The position numbers and the translations under genes were made by a program. A stretch of 64,000 nucleotides of DNA, from positions 129,077 to 193,076 of the forward strand of contig CAVUUV010000006.1 in the NCBI GenBank assembly GCA_963744905.1, written 5' to 3'. The notes under the pieces were generated by a model. The model worked only from the letters and a program-made list of their open reading frames with translations. It was not told the DNA's origin and searched no databases. Positions 60,710-64,000 of this stretch are shown here, in pieces (position 1 is the stretch's first letter; every line of letters begins with the position of its first letter). This DNA comes from an uncultured Acidimicrobiia bacterium. GTDB lineage: Bacteria; Actinomycetota; Acidimicrobiia; Spongiisociales; ZC4RG35.

Positions 60710-61828
60710 CTAGCTCGCCACCCGGTCGCTCTCCTGGCGCACGGGCGATCGGTGCTGGCGGATGTGGCGGGCGACGTATTGGGCATCTCTTGCCACCCCT
60801 CCGACCAGGGCCGAACTCGGTGAGTACTGAAACGGAATCCCCATGAAATACAGCCCCGGGACCGAATCCACCACACCGCGATACTGGACCGGAAAGCCGT
60901 AGTCGTCGAAGACCCCCAGATCGATCCAGCTGAAGCCGGGCACGAACCCGGTACACCACACAACGTTGTCCACCTCCAGGATCCTCCCGTCCTCCAGCAT
61001 GGGGTATCCGTTCTGCACCCCTGTCGCTCGTGGGACCCGCTCGATCCCGGCCGCGATGATCTCCTTACGCCGAACCCGAGCGACGGGAAGCCCCCGGGGC
61101 GGATCCATGAAGTGGTCCCGCGCCTTCCTACCCCAGGGCGTGTTCACCTTGAGTACCCGATGCAACAGGGTCCACATGATCGGGGCGAAGACGAGGCCGG
61201 GCTTGGATCCTGCGGCGACCGGCTCCTGACCCGTATCGCGGCCGGACAGCCACACCCGGTGACGAGCCGCCAGCTCGAGGGCGATCTCGGCTCCCGAGTT
61301 ACCGGCGCCCACCACCAGCACTCCTCCGTCCTGCAGCTGGGAGGGTCGCCGGTAGTCGCTTGAGTGAATCTGGCGAACGCCATCGGCGAGGTCATCGGCG
61401 AAGCCGGGAATTCTCGGACGGTGGTAGATGCCGGCAGCCACAACGACGTTGTGAGCCTGGATACATCCTCCATCATGTTGTATTTCGAAGCGACCGTCGG
61501 CCCGACCCACCCTCTCCACCTCGATTCCGGTGCGGATGGGTAACTCGAACCTCCCGGCGTAGGCATCCAGGTAGTCGGCCATCTCATCCTTGGTGGGACA
61601 CGACGCACGGCCGCTCGTGAAGGGCATGCCGGGCAGGCTGTTGAGACGCCCGGGAGTGAAGAGTTGCAGCGAGTCCCACCGGCGTCGCCACGCATCGCCG
61701 ACGCTCTCGTACTTGTCGAGAACGACATGTTCGATGCCCTGGCGCTTGAGGTGATAACTGGTCGCCAGGCCGGCCTGGCCTCCGCCGATGACGACCGTGT
61801 CGATGCGATCGGGAATCTCTTCGACCAT
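60710..61828 (-). CDS. FAD/NAD(P)-dependent monooxygenase-like oxidoreductase
   Basis: DTVVIGGGQAGLATSY and VLVVGAGNSGAEIALEL dinucleotide motifs. Start at MVEEIPD with a GAGGAG RBS. Confidence 0.8.
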   Translation of the reverse strand: MVEEIPDRIDTVVIGGGQAGLATSYHLKRQGIEHVVLDKYESVGDAWRRRWDSLQLFTPGRLNSLPGMPFTSGRASCPTKDEMADYLDAYAGRFELPIRTGIEVERVGRADGRFEIQHDGGCIQAHNVVVAAGIYHRPRIPGFADDLADGVRQIHSSDYRRPSQLQDGGVLVVGAGNSGAEIALELAARHRVWLSGRDTGQEPVAAGSKPGLVFAPIMWTLLHRVLKVNTPWGRKARDHFMDPPRGLPVARVRRKEIIAAGIERVPRATGVQNGYPMLEDGRILEVDNVVWCTGFVPGFSWIDLGVFDDYGFPVQYRGVVDSVPGLYFMGIPFQYSPSSALVGGVARDAQYVARHIRQHRSPVRQESDRVAS

Positions 61829-62018
61829 GACAATCTCCTCGGAGGGCTTCTGAGATGACCGTATGGGAGCGACGCTCGGGCGTCGTCGGGAGGATCCTGG
61901 ATTCCAGGTTGGGCACCGCGTGGGGAATATCACCCATGGCGATTTCGCTCGGCACGAGGCGATCAGGCTTCCCGGCGACCATCGCCTCGGTCCATAGGTA
62001 GAGTCTCGGGGGCCGATC

Positions 62019-63113
62019 ATGCGTGGACACCTCGTACTAGCCGACATCTCGGGCTACACCCGCTTTCTGACGGAAAGCGAGCTGGACCACGCCAACGGGA
62101 TCATCGGTGAGTTGCTCAATGCCGTGATCACCGCCATCGAGGCGCCTTTGACGGTGTCCCGCATCGAAGGCGACGCCGTGTTCATGTACGGCGTGATGCC
62201 GGAGGGTACGAGCGGCGAGACCGTCCTCGAGTCGGTTGAGTTGCTCTACATCTCTTTCGCCAGGGCGTTGGAGATCATGGTCCTCAACACGAGTTGCCCC
62301 TGCAATGCCTGCGCGAACATCAATACGCTCGGTCTGAAGATCGTCATGCACTGCGGTGAGATCGCCAAGACCAAGGTCGGCGGGATGGAGACTCTGGCCG
62401 GGCCCGACGTGGTGGTGGCCCACCGCCTGCTCAAGAACAGCATCCGTGAGACGATCGGCATCGACGATTACCTACTCGTCACCCAGGCGTGCGTGAACGA
62501 CCTCGGCATACAGCGAATCGTGACGGGATGGGTGGCCCATACCGAGGAATACGAACACGTGGGCGAGGTAACCGGGTACGTCTCGTCCTTGAGTGACGTT
62601 TGGGAGTTCTCACGACGCCAGAACGAGAACAAGGTCCTGCAGGCGGATGCCTTCATGACCCTCAGCGCCTACAGCAAGGCACCCCCGGTGGTGGTGTGGG
62701 ACCACCTGGTAAATCCGATCAAGCGAACCGGGTGGTTGAACGCCGAGAGGAACGAAGTGGAGAATGAGACCGGCGGCCGGATCGGCCCCGGAGCCGAGTA
62801 TCACTGCTCCCACGGTGCGGATGTGCTCTTCGTATTCACGGTGCTCGATCGTCGTCCCGTGGACTATCTGACTCTCCTGTTGCCGGTGGGGAATGGTGTA
62901 GCGCTTCGATTCACCGATTACCTGGTCCCGAGCGGAGAGGGGACCCGGATAGTCAGCTGCTTCGCCCCCGCCTTCTTCGTCGAGTCGGGTGAGGTCGTCC
63001 CCGACGACGTCCTCACCACCATCGAAGAGGAGATGGGGCCGAGCTATCAGGTCTCACTCGGCCGGCTGGTCGAGATGGCTGACAGGGCCGCACAAGAGCT
63101 GGCCGCGGTCTGA
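62019..63113 (+). CDS. DUF2652 domain protein with an SRPBCC-like C-terminus
   Basis: LVLADISGYTRFLTESELDHA ... SRIEGDAVFMYG, typical DUF2652 N-terminus. Confidence 0.65.
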   Translation: MRGHLVLADISGYTRFLTESELDHANGIIGELLNAVITAIEAPLTVSRIEGDAVFMYGVMPEGTSGETVLESVELLYISFARALEIMVLNTSCPCNACANINTLGLKIVMHCGEIAKTKVGGMETLAGPDVVVAHRLLKNSIRETIGIDDYLLVTQACVNDLGIQRIVTGWVAHTEEYEHVGEVTGYVSSLSDVWEFSRRQNENKVLQADAFMTLSAYSKAPPVVVWDHLVNPIKRTGWLNAERNEVENETGGRIGPGAEYHCSHGADVLFVFTVLDRRPVDYLTLLLPVGNGVALRFTDYLVPSGEGTRIVSCFAPAFFVESGEVVPDDVLTTIEEEMGPSYQVSLGRLVEMADRAAQELAAV

Positions 63114-63169
63114 CGAATCCTGACACCTCAACCCCACGCCGGATTGACGAGGCACCACGCCGGCTCTGC

Positions 63170-64000
63170 TCAGTGGATCTGGGGCAAGTTGTAGGAGACC
63201 CGGGCACCGACCAGGCCGGCCACGGCCAGGCCCAGGAGGCTCCACTGGGCACCGACCTGTGCCACTCCGGCGCCGGCCAGCCCGACGATCAGCAGCATCG
63301 CTCCTATCACCGTGTTGGACACGGCCACGTACCTGGTGCGCTGATTGCCCTTCCCCAGATCCACCACGTATGTCTTACGGCCCATTCGGGCTCCGGCGTG
63401 GATGACCGCCAGCAGCAGGTAGGTGGCCGGACCCAGCCACACCGTGGAGTCGAGACCGGTCTGGCGAAGGCCCAGGAAACCGAGAACCGCCAGGGAACCG
63501 CCCCCCGCCGCCGCAGCCATGACCAGCCGCGACGAGCGGTCGGCCAGCCGGCCCCAGATCGGCGAGGCGATCAATCCGGCGATTCCCGTGGCGATCACGA
63601 ACAGGCCCACACCCGACACATCCGATTCGTTCACCCCGGCCGACAGAGACACGACGAAAGGCGGACTGAGAGCCGTCACCAGCAGCAGGGTGCGGGCAAT
63701 CACGAACCGTCTGAAGGGCGGATCGTCTCTCAGCAGTGAGAGCGATTCGGCGATGGTCGTGGCCGCATCGCTGGCGTCACCGGGCGTGGGTTCCTCATCG
63801 ACTGTCAGGAATACCGCTCCGGCGCCGAACCAGAGCAGCGACGCTCCACCCACGATCAATGCCAGCACCATGGATCCGGCATTCTGGGCGAGGAGGGCGA
63901 TGGCCACTCCGGCTCCAATGGCTGCCAGCCCGGCCACCGACGCGGCCACGCCGCTCACCGAACCCCGGTTGCCTCGGGGGATGGTCTTGCCGACCACGTC
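63170..64000 (-). CDS. MFS transporter (partial, N-terminus beyond the window end)
   Basis: Polytopic and hydrophobic. ORF open to the window edge. Confidence 0.65.
   Translation of the reverse strand, partial: DVVGKTIPRGNRGSVSGVAASVAGLAAIGAGVAIALLAQNAGSMVLALIVGGASLLWFGAGAVFLTVDEEPTPGDASDAATTIAESLSLLRDDPPFRRFVIARTLLLVTALSPPFVVSLSAGVNESDVSGVGLFVIATGIAGLIASPIWGRLADRSSRLVMAAAAGGGSLAVLGFLGLRQTGLDSTVWLGPATYLLLAVIHAGARMGRKTYVVDLGKGNQRTRYVAVSNTVIGAMLLIVGLAGAGVAQVGAQWSLLGLAVAGLVGARVSYNLPQIH

Overview
This is a high-GC (roughly 65%) chromosomal window that looks like Actinomycetota. It has no rRNA genes and no CRISPR array. About the first 44 kb is ordinary chromosome: SDRs, MFS transporters, ribokinase, idi, methyltransferases, GH15, Crp/AraC/TetR regulators, a 972-aa DivIVA-domain coiled-coil protein, and a translationally coupled molybdopterin-oxidoreductase/4Fe-4S/Rieske/NarI-like operon followed by an HPP gene. 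The most interesting part is 44.1-59.4 kb. A tRNA-Arg(ACG) gene lies at 59290-59366 (minus strand), and two extra direct copies of its 3' half lie at 44150-44194 and 47761-47803. These repeats bound two tandem integrated elements. The first is a 3.6-kb segment with no integrase. The second is an 11.5-kb element resembling an actinomycete integrative-conjugative element (AICE), carrying Int, Xis, RepSA, an FtsK-like Tra protein, a Pra-like protein, NUDIX, HD and XRE genes. Both elements carry the same GAGAATGGCTCCC arm-type repeats near each end. As written, the AICE backbone genes are broken by many frameshifts, while its cargo reads intact: a lower-GC nuclease-like gene coupled to a Dam-family methyltransferase, an RHH plus HEPN-like pair, a GIY-YIG-like gene and a small ORF. 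A structured ~165-nt element with terminal inverted repeats and flanking TA occurs twice (5.5 kb and 40.6 kb). Indel-type disruptions also affect several chromosomal genes, including pfk and an Rph-like gene, so assembly error cannot be separated from real decay. All functional calls come from motifs read by eye. No searches were run.
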